From Octopus sinensis (Eukaryota), in NCBI RefSeq assembly GCF_006345805.1, contig NC_042997.1, forward strand, positions 144,708,001 to 144,772,000: 64,000 bases of DNA, written 5' to 3'. Below are positions 37,681 to 49,840 of this stretch, in pieces. The number at the start of each line of letters is the position of its first letter. Within the stretch, counting starts at the first letter, position 1. Below the pieces are notes generated by a model that was given only the letters and a program-made list of their open reading frames with translations, had not been told where the DNA came from and ran no database searches. The translations under genes were made by a program, and so were the position numbers.

Positions 37681-38248
37681 TCGGTTTTACATTAATCAGT
37701 AACTGAGTTAAATGCTTCCGGGGGTTAGATAAATGAGAAATTGTTACATTCATAACTTGTTGACATTTTAAATGAAGATAGTTTCTAAATGGATATTAAA
37801 ATCTTGTCACAGATTTCATTACATATGTCCTGGTAACATTCGTCGTCAAGTCAATTAAAATTTGAGGAAACTGGTAAAATTCCAAACCACTTACATTATT
37901 GTCTATTTTCCGTCCGTTTAACGCCAATCATCGGTTTCTACATTTATTGACAATTAATGCTAAAATAGGAATCGGTATGCTGTTCTTTGAAACACTATCG
38001 CAGCACTATGAGTAATCTGACGGTTCGTTCATAAGCTAAGAAGCCATTAACGTATCTTTTGCAAGCATTATCTGGTCTTTTAGTTTATGTGGCGAAGCAC
38101 AATAAAGGTAGGTATTATACTTAATGTAATGGAAGAAAGAAAGAGAGAAAATTCTAATTATTTGATTGTACTTATTTCACTCGTTACATTATATATACTG
38201 TTATTTTTCGTGAGGATAGCAGTATTAGATAATTTCGTTCATTTATTA

Positions 38249-38465
38249 CGAGGTGTGCTGAAAGGTTCCTGGCTCTGGATAAAAGAAAATACAGGAGGAT
38301 TAGTTAATTATGGTTTTATTCAACATATTCCCCACTCAGATTCACACACTGAGAGGGGGATACTGTAGCAGTCCTTCAGTTTTTTTTCTAAGCTCTGTAG
38401 AAGAACTCGGAACGTTGGGTCTCCAGCCATGCCTTTCAAGCCAGGAACTTTTCAGCACCGCCTCG
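38249..38465. mobile_element. mariner-type MITE (217 bp), TA TSD
   Basis: TA|cgaggtgtgctgaaaggttcctggct ... agccaggaacttttcagcaccgcctcg|TA. Confidence 0.9.
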
Positions 38466-38823
38466 TATATAAAGAACAAGCTTATCAACCATCTACAAAT
38501 AATTGTTGTTCTTTCAGGCTAGCTCAGTCTGGTTTGGAGCTTGTCAAATATCTATCTCTGAAACGGCTATAGCCAATTAAAACATGTGGTCGATATTTCT
38601 TATCGAAGACATCCTAGCTTACAATGAAATGATATGTTCTTCTATGATTTAAGAGTGAATCGGTTGTTATTCAAATGGTATTATGAGGATTGTTGAAGGG
38701 GATTTGTCAGCGACGTAAGGACTACAGTCTTGTTATTCGTATAACGAACCATTATTGCAGAATAGTTTCAAGAACGACGTCTTCGTCATACATGTTTGGA
38801 GAGGTGATAGTCATACACACAAA

Positions 38824-39220
38824 GGCGGTGAGATGGCAGAATCGTTAGCACGCTGGACGAAATGCTTAGTGATATTTCGTCTGCCGCTACGTTCTGAGTT
38901 CAAATTCCGCCGAGGTCTACTTTGCCTTTCATCCTTTCGGGGTCGATTAAATAAGTACCAGTTACGCACTGGAGTCGATATAATCGACTTAATCCGTTTG
39001 TTTGTTCTTGTTTGTCCCCTCTGTGTTTAGCCCCTTGTGGGTAGTAAAGAAATAGGTATTTCGTCTGCCGTTACGTTCTGAGTTCAAATTCCGCCGTGGT
39101 CGACTTTGCCTTTCATCCTTTCGGGGTCGAATAAATTAAGTACTAGTTGAACACTGGGGGTCGATGTAATCGACTAACCCCCTCCCTCACAATTTCAGGC
39201 TTTGTGCCTATAGTAGAAAT
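38824..39220 (+). mobile_element. SINE family B, full copy plus tandem partial copy
   Basis: ggcggtgagatggcagaatcgttagc head, GAGTTCAAATTCC B-box, gcctttcatcctttcggggtcga core repeated at about 39105. Confidence 0.9.
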
Positions 39221-39514
39221 GATAGTCTTACACGCATACAAGTGCACGTGTGTGGGTGTGTGTGTGTGTATGAGGGAGGTGGGGGTTAAGTAACTAACAT
39301 AGTGCTTTTTTTCTCCCGTGAAACAGAGAATGTCCGGAGTTTGCGATCGGACTTGGGCAATACTTCTTGAGTTTGAGGAATTGCCGATATTTTAAAAGCG
39401 CACCCTACACCAGGTGTTTTTGCTTTCTAATAGCAAGAACCTCAATTAATTGCAGTTTGTCGAATTAAAATATCGATTAGAAATGTGCGATTCTATCACA
39501 CCCACATATTTTGT

Positions 39515-39840
39515 CTCTTACTTGTTTCAGTCACTGGACTGCGGCCATACTGGGGCACCGCATTGAAGAGTTTTGGCCGGGCAATTCGACGCCAGTACAT
39601 ACTTTCTTAAAGTCTAGTACTTATTCTATCGATCTCTTTGTCGAACTGCTAAGTTATGGAAATATAAATAAATCAATACTGGTTATCAAGGTGTTATGAG
39701 TGACAAACACAAATACGAACACACACACACACACACACACACCAAATTCCTTCATAAGGCACTGATCGGCTCGAGCCTATATCAGAAGACACTTGCCCTA
39801 GGTACCGTGCAGTGGGACTGAACCCGAAACCATTGGTTAT
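39515..39840 (-). mobile_element. SINE family A, decayed
   Basis: Reverse-complement tail, (CA)n and head segments. Confidence 0.8.
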
Positions 39841-41040
39841 AAACAGAATTCCTAGGCACTTTCCCTTCTATCCTAGTTTTCCCTCTATTGCTAAATATAC
39901 TTAATTATGTATGACGAAGACGTCGTTACTTTCACCTGTTGGCTTTAAAGAAAAGATTCTTGATTGAAGCGACTTTGTTTCTTAAAATTTTGATTTGCTG
40001 ATAATGTTAGAATAATATCCTTTGCTGGCAATGATGCATAAAAAAATCAGATCTTTTTTGTTCGGCTGCCACTTTTCGATTTCTTCAATTTTGTTCCAAT
40101 TGATTTCAAATTTGGTGTAGTTTTGTATGCTCATTATTGACACGAAATTCCTTTTCGCCATAAACCAATAAACAATCAGTTAATAGCGTTTAAAGTTTGC
40201 AAATTTAGGGTAATTTTTAGACAATTGAAAGTCAAAAACATATTGGTGCCTGTTTCCATAGCAACAAGCTAAACGTTGGAAAAGCGTTTCCGAAAAACCG
40301 CATGCGTTTAGGAAACGGATATTTTACTCATCTTTTTTCTGCTCTTAAAACCACAAAATGTGATGTTTATTCTTTTCTTCGCTTTAAATGCATATTGAAT
40401 GCGTAAAACTACAAAATACGTGTTGTTTACCATTTTCTTGGCTAGTTTTCGCTTATTAAATGCCTTAAAAAAAACCGTGTTATCGTGGCAATGTTGACAT
40501 TATTATTTTGTCGTCTTACGATTGCAGTCACGCACAATATAACATCTTCCAAATCCTGTTTTCTGACTGGGTAAAAATTATCAAACTTTAAACCTCTGTA
40601 ACTTTCTTCATAAAAATTTCTGGAACAAGTGAATTAGGCCCCGAGATTCAGCCTGGAAAATTACTTCAATACATCAAATTTAGAAAAGTTTCACTTAATT
40701 TTAAAAAGTGCAGCCAAGCAGAAAGGATAAAAGAAAAATATCTTCAAAGGCACCTGGCAAGGTAAAACAAGAAATGAGGAAATTCTTCAGCAAAGCTAAT
40801 CTTAGTCACCACAAACACCATACCACTGCATAGGTTTATCCTTGACAAACCATATTTTGTGCTCTGCCAGCCATTCGGCATGCAAACGGCTGCAATAAAC
40901 ATGGACACGAGAAAGAGTAAAACAAAACAAAAATATTTTCGGTTTGACACATTTCTTCTGGTTTTATTGAAAATTTACTCAATGATGTGTTTTTTCACGT
41001 TATTTGCGAAACTCATAACGGTTTTTTTTTTTTTGAGAAA

Positions 41041-41338
41041 TCTTTATATATAAAAGTGAAGTTGTGTGTCTGTCTCTTACGATTTAGATTCCTAACTACT
41101 CTACGATTTAAAAAAAATTTACCATCATTTTTTTCCATTTTAATGCATTTTTTCGCTATTGTATAAGGGAAGTAACTCTAAAAATGTCTACGCTGAGTCA
41201 ACGATTTAAAAAAAAATTTACCATAATTTTTTTTCCATTTCTAATGCATTTTTTGCTATATTTTGGCTATAACTCTCTAAAAATGCTTATATAGTTATTT
41301 CCCTTACAAACCCGAGCAACGCCGGGCGATACTGCTAG
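41041..41338 (+). mobile_element. Non-autonomous Helitron
   Basis: 5' A|TC, 3' CTAG|T, GC hairpin cccgagcaacgccggg about 8 nt before the CTAG, no TSD. Confidence 0.85.
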
Positions 41339-41477
41339 TTAACGATAAAAATATTAACCTTTAAATATTAAACTGTTTTGTAATTCTGACTAATCAGATT
41401 CATTCAGTTTTGACATGAGGTCGCAACTTTAGAGAAGGCGCAAATTTTGTTTTTGATTTCGGAAGCACGATATTATT

Positions 41478-42230
41478 AAGGCAACGAGCAGGTAGAATTG
41501 TCTGTGCGTCGGATAGAATACTTAGCGACATTTCTTCTGGCTCTGAGTTCAAGTTCCGCTGAGCTCGACTTTGTTTTTCATCCTTTTGGGGTTGATAAAA
41601 ATAACTATCGATTGAGCACTGGGGTCGATATAATCGACTAGCTTTCTTCCCAAGAATTTCTGGCCTTATATCTATAGTAGAAAATTATAAGGCAGCGTAC
41701 TGGTTCATTAACCCGTCGGACAAAATGGTTAGCGGCATTTATTCCAGCTCTTTAGTTCTGTGTTCAAATCCCTCCGAAGTCAATTTTGCCTTTCATCTAT
41801 TCGGTGTCGATAAAACAGTGTATCAAATCAATACAAGAATGGATGTAATCAACAACCCCTTCCTGTAAAATTGTTGGCCTTGAACCCAAATTAGAAATAT
41901 TATTATTATTATTATTGTCGTTAATAATAATAATTATTATTATTTAGGCGGCAAGCTGGCAGAATCGTTAGAACGCCAGGTAAAATGATAAACGGTATTT
42001 TGCCTGTCGCTACGTTCTAAGTTCAAATTCCGCCGAGGTCGATTTTGCCTTTCATCCTTTCGGGGTCAGTTAAGTAAGTACCAGTTACGCATAGGAGTCG
42101 ATATAATCGACTCAACCCCCTCCCCAAGCTGCCCTTGTGGCAAAAATTTGAAACCATTATCATTGATATTATTGATAAATTAAACAAGGCGGCGAGCTGG
42201 CAGACCTTGTGCCAAAATTAGAAAGTATTA
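41478..42230 (+). mobile_element. Cluster of 3-4 SINE family B copies
   Basis: Heads at about 41478, 41690, 41946 and 42188; shared gagttcaaattcc...tttcatcc core; (TTA)n spacers. Confidence 0.8.
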
Positions 42231-42492
42231 TTATTATTGTTGTTGATAAAATAATCATAAAAACGTAACAAAATCTTTAAAAATGAAAAATATTTAACGA
42301 AAGAATAAGTAACAAAACAACGTCTGCAACGAAATTTTGCGATGCACTACAAACCCTAACACGATGTAGGTTTCAATTGATTGCTATAGGACCATATACA
42401 AATAAAATCATCTGCCCCATGAGGTGTTGAGAATGAATGAGCCTACATTATTTACATTCGACGGATATTTGTTCTCATCTTGTTTGTTGTTA

Positions 42493-42536
42493 AAACAACG
42501 TTTCGGCTGATATACCCTCCAGCCTTCTTCAGGTGT
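42493..42536 (-). ncRNA. Minimal type I hammerhead ribozyme in PLE pLTR
   Basis: ACAC-CTGAAGA-A-GGCTG-loop-CAGCC-GAAAC-GTT-GTTT: intact CUGANGA/GAAA core, palindromic ACGT stem III; copies at 43137-43180 (C3A) and about 58633-58672 (U4C). Confidence 0.7.
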
Positions 42537-42594
42537 CTTGGGGAAATTTCCAACCTAAGATATTTTTCGATGCTATTATTATTATTGTTGTTCA

Positions 42595-42664
42595 GGTCAC
42601 TGCTTGGAATCAAGATCGGATCTTGGTGTTAGTAGCCCGCGCTCTTAACCACTACGCCATATGC
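42595..42664 (-). promoter_or_regulatory. tRNA-like segment (Pol III type 2 A/B boxes) inside the PLE pLTR
   Basis: GCATATGGCGTAGTGGTTAAGAGCGCGGGCTACTAAC...; A-box TGGCGTAGTGG; B-box decayed here but GAGTTCGATTC in the 58506 copy. Confidence 0.65.
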
Positions 42665-42688
42665 TCGTGGGCAATTATGAAGTAAATT

Positions 42689-43066
42689 TTAGGGGTTATA
42701 TCTCTTATCCTTCCTTAATACCGGTTCCCATATGCTGCTCATATCTGCACTCTGTCTGCTTAGGAGGTTGTTATGTCCTAGCATATGTGCTGCTTCTTTT
42801 AGTTTTCGTATTTTCAAGTGGTGTTCTCTGTCTATTATTTTAACTTCATCGCACAGAGTGAGGTGGTCTCCATTTTTCCACGCATAATCAGCTATACCCG
42901 ATTTATCAATATCTCCTCGTGTCAGAGCTTTGCGATGTTCGTCTACTCTTATTTTGATGGGGGGGGGGCATGTTTCGCCTTTGTATAACCTATCACAGCT
43001 CCATGGGATGGAGTATATGCAGTCTTTGGTCACATTCTCTTCTATAAGTGGTTTTACTCGAAGGAG
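42689..43066 (-). pseudogene. Penelope GIY-YIG endonuclease domain fragment
   Basis: LRVKPLIEENVTKDCIYSIPWSCDRLYKGETC..KIRVDEHRK...SGIADYAW..DH...DEVKIIDRE...RKLKEA fits the PLE pattern xIYxIPCxCxxxYIGET..R..EH. Confidence 0.88.
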
Positions 43067-43399
43067 AACAATAATAATAATAATAGCATCGAAAAATACC
43101 TTGGGAATGAGAACCCAGGTTCAAAATTTCCATAAGATACATGAAGAAGGCTGGAAGGTATATCAGCCGAAACGTTGTGTTAACAACAAACAAGATGAGG
43201 ACAAATATCCATCGAATGCAAATAATGTACGTAATTCCTCATCTCTTAAATATAGAACTGGATGAATGAGTCTGTTTAGCATCATAAATGATAAAACAAA
43301 ATTCAATCTTTACAGGTTAGTGACATTTTTATTAATAATTTCTCTAGAAAAAAAATCGTTTGTTGTAATTTTTCTGCTTAAAATGAAACATGAGATCTG

Positions 43400-43572
43400 T
43401 GTAAAAATTTGCAATAAAAGCGGAGAAATGCGTCGAAGCCAAAAAATCCATCAGACCTTAAATGTACGTAGAAGTTTGACAAGAGCGGAAAGAACTGCAC
43501 CAGATCGATCAAGCTGGAGGAAGCTTGAAGCCTTATGCGTCTCACAACGGTAGGGGATCTAAGCCTAAGCCT
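43400..43572 (+). mobile_element. RTE-clade LINE 3' end
   Basis: AERTAPDRSSWRKLEALCVS matches RTE C-terminal A.DR..WR....ALC; short (TAAGCC)n tail. Confidence 0.65.
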
Positions 43573-43771
43573 CTGTGCGCATGCGTGTGTGTGTGTAAAT
43601 ATATCATTTTGCTGCAATATTTTTACATATTCTCTTCTAGTTGCTTTTTGATATACTTTATCAATGTCTACTGTCTCCTCAGTATATTTACTCAATGCAT
43701 GTTTTATTTTTTGATCTGTAGCTGGGTTACGTATGATATGTTGATTGTTATAGGTTGTCATAAAGTATATA

Positions 43772-44066
43772 GGCCCGTAGCCAAGTGGTTAAGGCTATTC
43801 AGCTCACGATCTTAAGCTCGCGAGTTCGATAACCGACAGTGCATTATGTCCTTGAGCAAGACGCTTTATTTCACGTTGCTCGAGTTCACCCAGCTGACAA
43901 AAATTAGTTGTACCTGTATTTCAAAGGGCCAGACTTGTCACATTCTGTATCATGTTGACGTTCTCTGAGAACTACGTTAAGGCAACATGTGTCTATGGAG
44001 TGCTCAGCCATTTGCACGTTGATATTACGATCGGATCAACTGGAACCCCCGTTGTCGTAACCGACA
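43772..44066 (+). mobile_element. Chimeric SINE: family D head/core plus family C tail
   Basis: gtccttgagcaagacgctttatttcacgttgctc core as in family D; from ttgtacctgtatttcaaagggcc onward matches 49841-50030 (-). Confidence 0.8.
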
Positions 44067-44194
44067 TGGAAAGATAGCGGAGGTGCTTCAGGCTTTCTGA
44101 TTTAATTTTTTTAATAATAAATTTGATGTAGGTTGTCGCCCGAAAACCTCACAACAATACTAAAATGCACATACCGTTTGTTCCAGGTATTTAT

Positions 44195-44228
<34 letters not shown>

Positions 44229-44511
44229 ATTAATCAATATAAGGGTAGCAAAAAAATTCAAGAAAAATTTTCCGCAACCAGCGGTCAAGTGAGAAAGTAG
44301 AAATAGTCACAGACTATATAATATATTCAACAATAGTATTAAGGAATGACCCTGACAGGCCGTCGAAACTATGCATAGTCCAAAGTTGAAGGGGATAAAT
44401 GTTTTTATTTCTCCTTTAGTTTCAGAATTACTACTATTTTGCGGTTTGAGTTTAGCTGCTCTTTCAAGTGAGTTGAACGGCCTGTCAGGGTCATTCCTTA
44501 ATACTATTGTT
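44229..44511. mobile_element. Family P4 insert with 35-bp inverted repeat
   Basis: Arms 44329-44363 and 44477-44511; (TA)n on both sides; homologous to 31200-31332. Confidence 0.65.
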
Positions 44512-44907
44512 ATATATATATATATATATATAATGCATTGGCGTTTTGAGTTCCGAAAAAGAAAAGTATCAAGATGAAAAACGAGTAGGTTGATAATTTT
44601 GCGCATACAAAAAGATGTATTCTTAAAAAAAAAAAGTTTCGAGGAAATAGAGTCTCGGATGAGGAGCGCTAAATTGTAATTATGCTATCAAAAATTAATT
44701 AAAACGGATGGCCATGAGTGCAACGCTTTCTTAAAAATACGGTCATTTAGAACATTATGAAACAGCGGCTAGACCCCCCCCCCCGATTTAAACAGGAAAT
44801 TAAAAACTATATATAATTGCCTTTCATTAACATAATCGTGATCCTAAAAGGGACTTTTGAGTTAGACCCATTTGTTCCGATTTTATTGAAAATTCCTTAG
44901 CCTCAGC

Positions 44908-45061
44908 GTAGCTGTGTGGTAAGAAGCTTGCTTCCCAACCATATGATTCCGATTTCAGTCCCATTGCATGGCACCTTGGGCAAGTGTCTTCTACTATAGC
45001 CTCGGGCCGACCAAAGCCTTGCAAATGGATTTGGTAGACGGAAACTGAAAAAAAGTCCGTC

Positions 45062-45096
<35 letters not shown>

Positions 45097-45435
45097 CACA
45101 TACATACATACATACATATATACATCAGAGCAGATTGGAGCCTGGTGCAGCCTATTGGCTTGCCAGTCCTCAGTCAAACCGTCCAACCCATGCCAGTATG
45201 GAAAACGGACGTTAAATGATGATGATATATATGTGTGTGTGTGTCTGTCTGTTTCCCACCATCGCTTGACAATCGATGTTGATGTGTTTACTTCCCTGTA
45301 ACCTGACAGTTCGGCAAAAGTGACCGATAGAATAATACTAGGCTTACAAAGAATAAGTCTTGGGGCCGATTTGTTCTACTAAAGGCGGTACTCCAGCATG
45401 GCTGCAGTCAATTGAAACAAGCAAAAGTGTAAAAG
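44908..45435 (+). mobile_element. SINE family A with family F tail fragment inserted in its microsatellite
   Basis: 5' half 44908-45062, insert 45124-45226 ending (ATG)n, 3' half 45240-45435. Confidence 0.85.
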
Positions 45436-46896
45436 AATTAGGCATAGGTGTGGCTGTGTGGTAAGAAGTTTGCTTCCCAACCACGTGGTTCTGGGTTCAC
45501 ATTGTGATTTTCGGAACTAACGTGAAAAATTACATCTGTGCAGAAATCTTTAAATAAAATCGGAACAAGAGCATCAAACCTAAACCCTGAACTTTTAACT
45601 CCCTCGATTTTTGGTTTCTTATCAAAAGTGTAGCTAGGGGCGGCGAAAGAGTTGCCTGCCCGGGCGATGTTTTTATTGGGGCGCAGCACTTTTGGGTCTG
45701 CTCTACAAGACTGCTAGGGCTGGAGGACTCAAGAGCAACCCCGTGCGGCACACACCCTTGCTGCATTACTGTTCCTCGAAGCATTTTGATAATGACAAGT
45801 TTTGTATGCACAAAGGAGTAAGTTGCGGAATATTTTCTGTTTTGAAGTTTAAACACTAGGATCTCCGAATTTTTAGTATTTTGCTTTTGTTTGTATTGTT
45901 CATTTCGACGTTCTCTTTGATTTCTGCAGAGGTATCGTTGGCACAAAGAATAAAGTTAAATGTAAACGAGATGATTAAAAGTCGTAATGCAATGTCATTG
46001 TTTTTGTGTTTCCTGGTGGCTTGGACGGGGCAAATAAAATGAAGTGAACAAAGTGTTGTTAAATGAACTGCAAACTCAAAAATAAATCCTGTTTAGTGAT
46101 TTACCTCGTCAGCCTATGGCAACGAAAATATCACTGAAGATTGTTTAATTCTTGCAAAAATAAAGGCGAAACAAGGGCGCTGAGTGTTAAATGTAGTGTT
46201 GATGCGGAATGAAAAAGAAAAAAATAAGTGCAAGAGAGATTAAAGGAAGACGTGACATTTTGAACAAATAAGAAGAATAAGAAATTCAAATATTTGTTTT
46301 AAACGCTTGCTTGCTATTTGTCGTTTTATAGTTTAAGTAGTAAGCAGTTCACAACAGCAGACATTGAAAATTTTTTAAAGATTCTTCTACAACGAAAAAT
46401 TGAAAGAAAGATAGGAACAAGGCAGAGAATGAAAAAGGAGTAGCATCAATGAGTGTAGATGGCAGAGGAGGGCAAGAATTACTGTGAAAGTGAAAGGGGT
46501 CGACAAATTTTTAGGCTTTTGAAAATTATTTTCGGCTTTTTTTTCACAAGGAACAACATCCAACCTACCAAACTACCTTCTCCCTCTCTCTTTCTCTATT
46601 TGCTTTCTATATCGTCTGTTATCGTTATTTTGTAGATTGACTTCTGTCGCACCATAAACATTCCAAACTTTGTGCTAATGATGGAATAAAGAATATAAAA
46701 TAGAGTGTAATGGCGGTACACTTAAAACCCATCCTTCACACGCTCTCTCCTTCGCCCTCCCGCCTTTACTATATCTACATGCTTCATCTGTATATAATTT
46801 TACTGTCTCTTTTGGATTTTTGGTTTTCTTTACAGTAGCACGATGATATTTCATTCACATATTCTGTGAAGTTAGAAGTAGTAGACGTAGTGTGTG

Positions 46897-46946
<50 letters not shown>

Positions 46947-47234
46947 CACAGACAAACACATGTATATACTTCACAAATACAAAGACTGTAATAAACACAG
47001 AATCATGTACACATACAGATTTACAATGTCTTTTCTTTGACTATTTCACGAAATGCCGGCGTCTCCCCCCCCCCGCTTCCTCTCGCTGCTACTCATCTGT
47101 TGAACTATAATTACATCTCATCCATCCTCTTCCTCTCTATACTTTATCTTTATAAACTTTGTTGAACGTTTATTATATTAGATCTGTATGTCACAGTGAC
47201 TGTTTGTGTGTGTGTGAGTGTGTGTTCTAGTAAT

Positions 47235-47269
<35 letters not shown>

Positions 47270-47762
47270 AGGATTTATATGTGAATGAAAGAATGTGTTT
47301 AAAAGTGATGCTATGTGAGAGAATCTGTCTGTGTTTGTGTGAATGAGTGCATGTGCGTGCGTGTGTACGCACGCGCGAATCGTTGGCATTATTTATTTTT
47401 ATTTTTTATTTTTTTTCCCAAAAAAATTTTGCTCGCTAGTGCTCGTGTACGTGCAAGTTGTCTAGGTAGACACGCTTTTGTGCATATTACATCGTGTTTT
47501 GAGAAAACAAAGGAGCGTCTGCATGATGGAGAAACCTGCTAGAGACAGCAAGCAACTCTCCCTCAAGCCACACCCCGGTCTTCTAAAAAAAAAAGAACAG
47601 AAAAGAAAAGAAAAGGGCACATTAGTAAAATATACTTTGTGTCTGAAAAAGACAAATTAATCATAGCTGATAAGGTCCCTACTCCCACCAACCAGTCAGG
47701 TTTGATCTGGACCTGTTTATACATATACGTTTCAGCCCCAAAACTGTTGCCATGCTGGAGCA

Positions 47763-47802
<40 letters not shown>

Positions 47803-47804
47803 TA

Positions 47805-47966
47805 GGCGCAGGAGTGGCTGTGTGGTAAGTAGCTTGCTAACCAACCACATGGTTCCGGGTTCAGTCCCACTGCGTGACATCTTGGGCAAGTGTCTTCTGC
47901 TATAGCCCCGGGCCAACCAATGCCTTGTGAGTGGATTTGGTAGACGGAAACTGAAAGAAGCCTGTC

Positions 47967-48011
<45 letters not shown>

Positions 48012-49145
48012 TAAACAGTAAAAATAATACAGACATGGACAAGAAGATGAAACACCACAGAGACGACACAAGAACCACAGGACGGGACATTCGAAGCCCT
48101 CAGTCATCAGTCAAGAACCAGATCATCTTAGCAATTTCGGCTGATTAATCTTGAGATTGCTCCGATATGGCCAGCCCGCCAAGGGAAATCTAAGCCAAGC
48201 GCATTAGATCCCCTGGAAGAAAGCTTCGAATGTATACACGAAAGGACGGAAAACGAACGAAGTACACAACAAAAATACAGAATACGTGACACCATAAGAA
48301 TACAAAAACGTAAAAACAATAACGGTAAAAATAAAAAATAAACAACAAAACAAAACCAGGACGTAGGACAAGGGTGTTTCGACAGGACGAGTTGAGTATG
48401 GGGCTGGCTTGTGAAGTTGTGCCTAATGGCCACGGGGAGACGAACAAATACGTGTTGCTTCTGCGGCTGCTGAAAACGAAAAGAGCGCTCAACAGCGGCT
48501 AGCGGTCACGTGAGAACAAAAGACAGGAGAAAGGGACAGATGAAAAGAGAGAGAAGGTGGACGAGGGAGGAGAAGAAAGAGACAGATCGAGGGGGCTGGA
48601 GGTGAGAGAGATAGAGAAACGTAGAAGGGGGGGGGGAGACGGATGGAGAGGGAAAGAAAGGAAGGGGAATAAGGGAGGAGAGAGAGAGAGAAAAAGAGAC
48701 AGATTAAGAGTCGTATCAATGCTAGAGAAAAAATATACTTATCGTATAAGGACAATTGTGGATACATAGCCGCCGATTATATAGGTAAACAGTAAAAATA
48801 ATTACAGACATGGACAAGAACATGAAACACCACAGAGACGACACAAGAACCACAGGACGGGACATTCGAAGCCCTCAGTCATCAGTCAAGAACCAGATCA
48901 TCTTAGCAATTTCGGCTGATTAATGTATGTATGTATGTGTGTGTGTGTCTGTGTTTGTCCCCCTAGCATTGCTTGACAACCGATGCTGGTGTGTTTACGT
49001 CCCCGTCACTTAGCGGTTCGGCAAAAGAGACCGATAGAATAAGTACTGGGCTTACAAAGAATAAGTCCCGGGGGCGATTTGCTCGACTAAAGGCGGTGCT
49101 CCAGCATGGCCACAGTCAAATGACTGAAACAAGTAAAAGAGAGAG
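47805..49145 (+). mobile_element. Young SINE family A split by a ~920-bp insertion
   Basis: 5' half 47805-47968, (TA)n, insert 48006-48924, 3' half 48940-49145. Confidence 0.9.
48006..48924. mobile_element. Non-coding insert bounded by ~145-bp direct repeats
   Basis: 48006-48149 and 48779-48924 near-identical; no coding similarity recognised; class uncertain. Confidence 0.7.
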
Positions 49146-49146
49146 T

Positions 49147-49217
<71 letters not shown>

Positions 49218-49840
49218 AGAGAGAGAGAGAGAGATAGGTGAATGTGTGTGTGCGGGGTGTTATTAACGCGGCGAGCTAGCAGAAGCGTTAGCACGCCGGA
49301 CAAAATGTTTAGTGACATTTCGTCCGTCTTCAAGTTCTGGGATCAAATTCCACCGAGTTCGACTTTGTTTTTCATCTTTTCGGGGTCGATAAAATTAGTA
49401 CCAGTTGAGCACTGTGTCTTGTGCCTATAGTAAAAAAAAAGATTATTATTATCACGAAGGCAATGTGCTCAAAAGAGAGACAACACATGCGGGGAGCAGT
49501 TTTAACAAATGTGTTAGCTTAATACTAAAAGCGAAGAGAAATAGTCCCAGTTTTTCACACTTGATTATCAAAGATCGAAAGACTGCTGAGTTGTTGAAAC
49601 GCAATGTGGTTGAATGGAATGGTTGAAATAACCAAACGAAGAGCACGTTTGGTATAATGCGGTCTTTAAACACGGAGTAGGATAACAAAACGTGACGATT
49701 AAACGGGAACGTTTTAGATCAGATGTCAACGAGATAAATGCTAACATGCGACTAAACAACAACAACGACGACCCACAAAAACCAAGCCTCATTTAGAAAC
49801 TATTCGCGATAATGGTGATGTGTTGGTGTTGTTTAACACA

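Larger units (their letters stand above)
42444..43261 (-). mobile_element. 5'-truncated Penelope-like retroelement with inverted pseudo-LTRs (family P1)
   Basis: GIY-YIG C-terminus on - strand, 3' pLTR 42444-42665 and an inverted partial pLTR 43067-43261 at the truncation point. Confidence 0.88.

Noticed and set aside
48085-48112. CTGATGA on the - strand as a hammerhead core
   Set aside because: No convincing stem II followed by GAAA; could not fold a hammerhead by eye.
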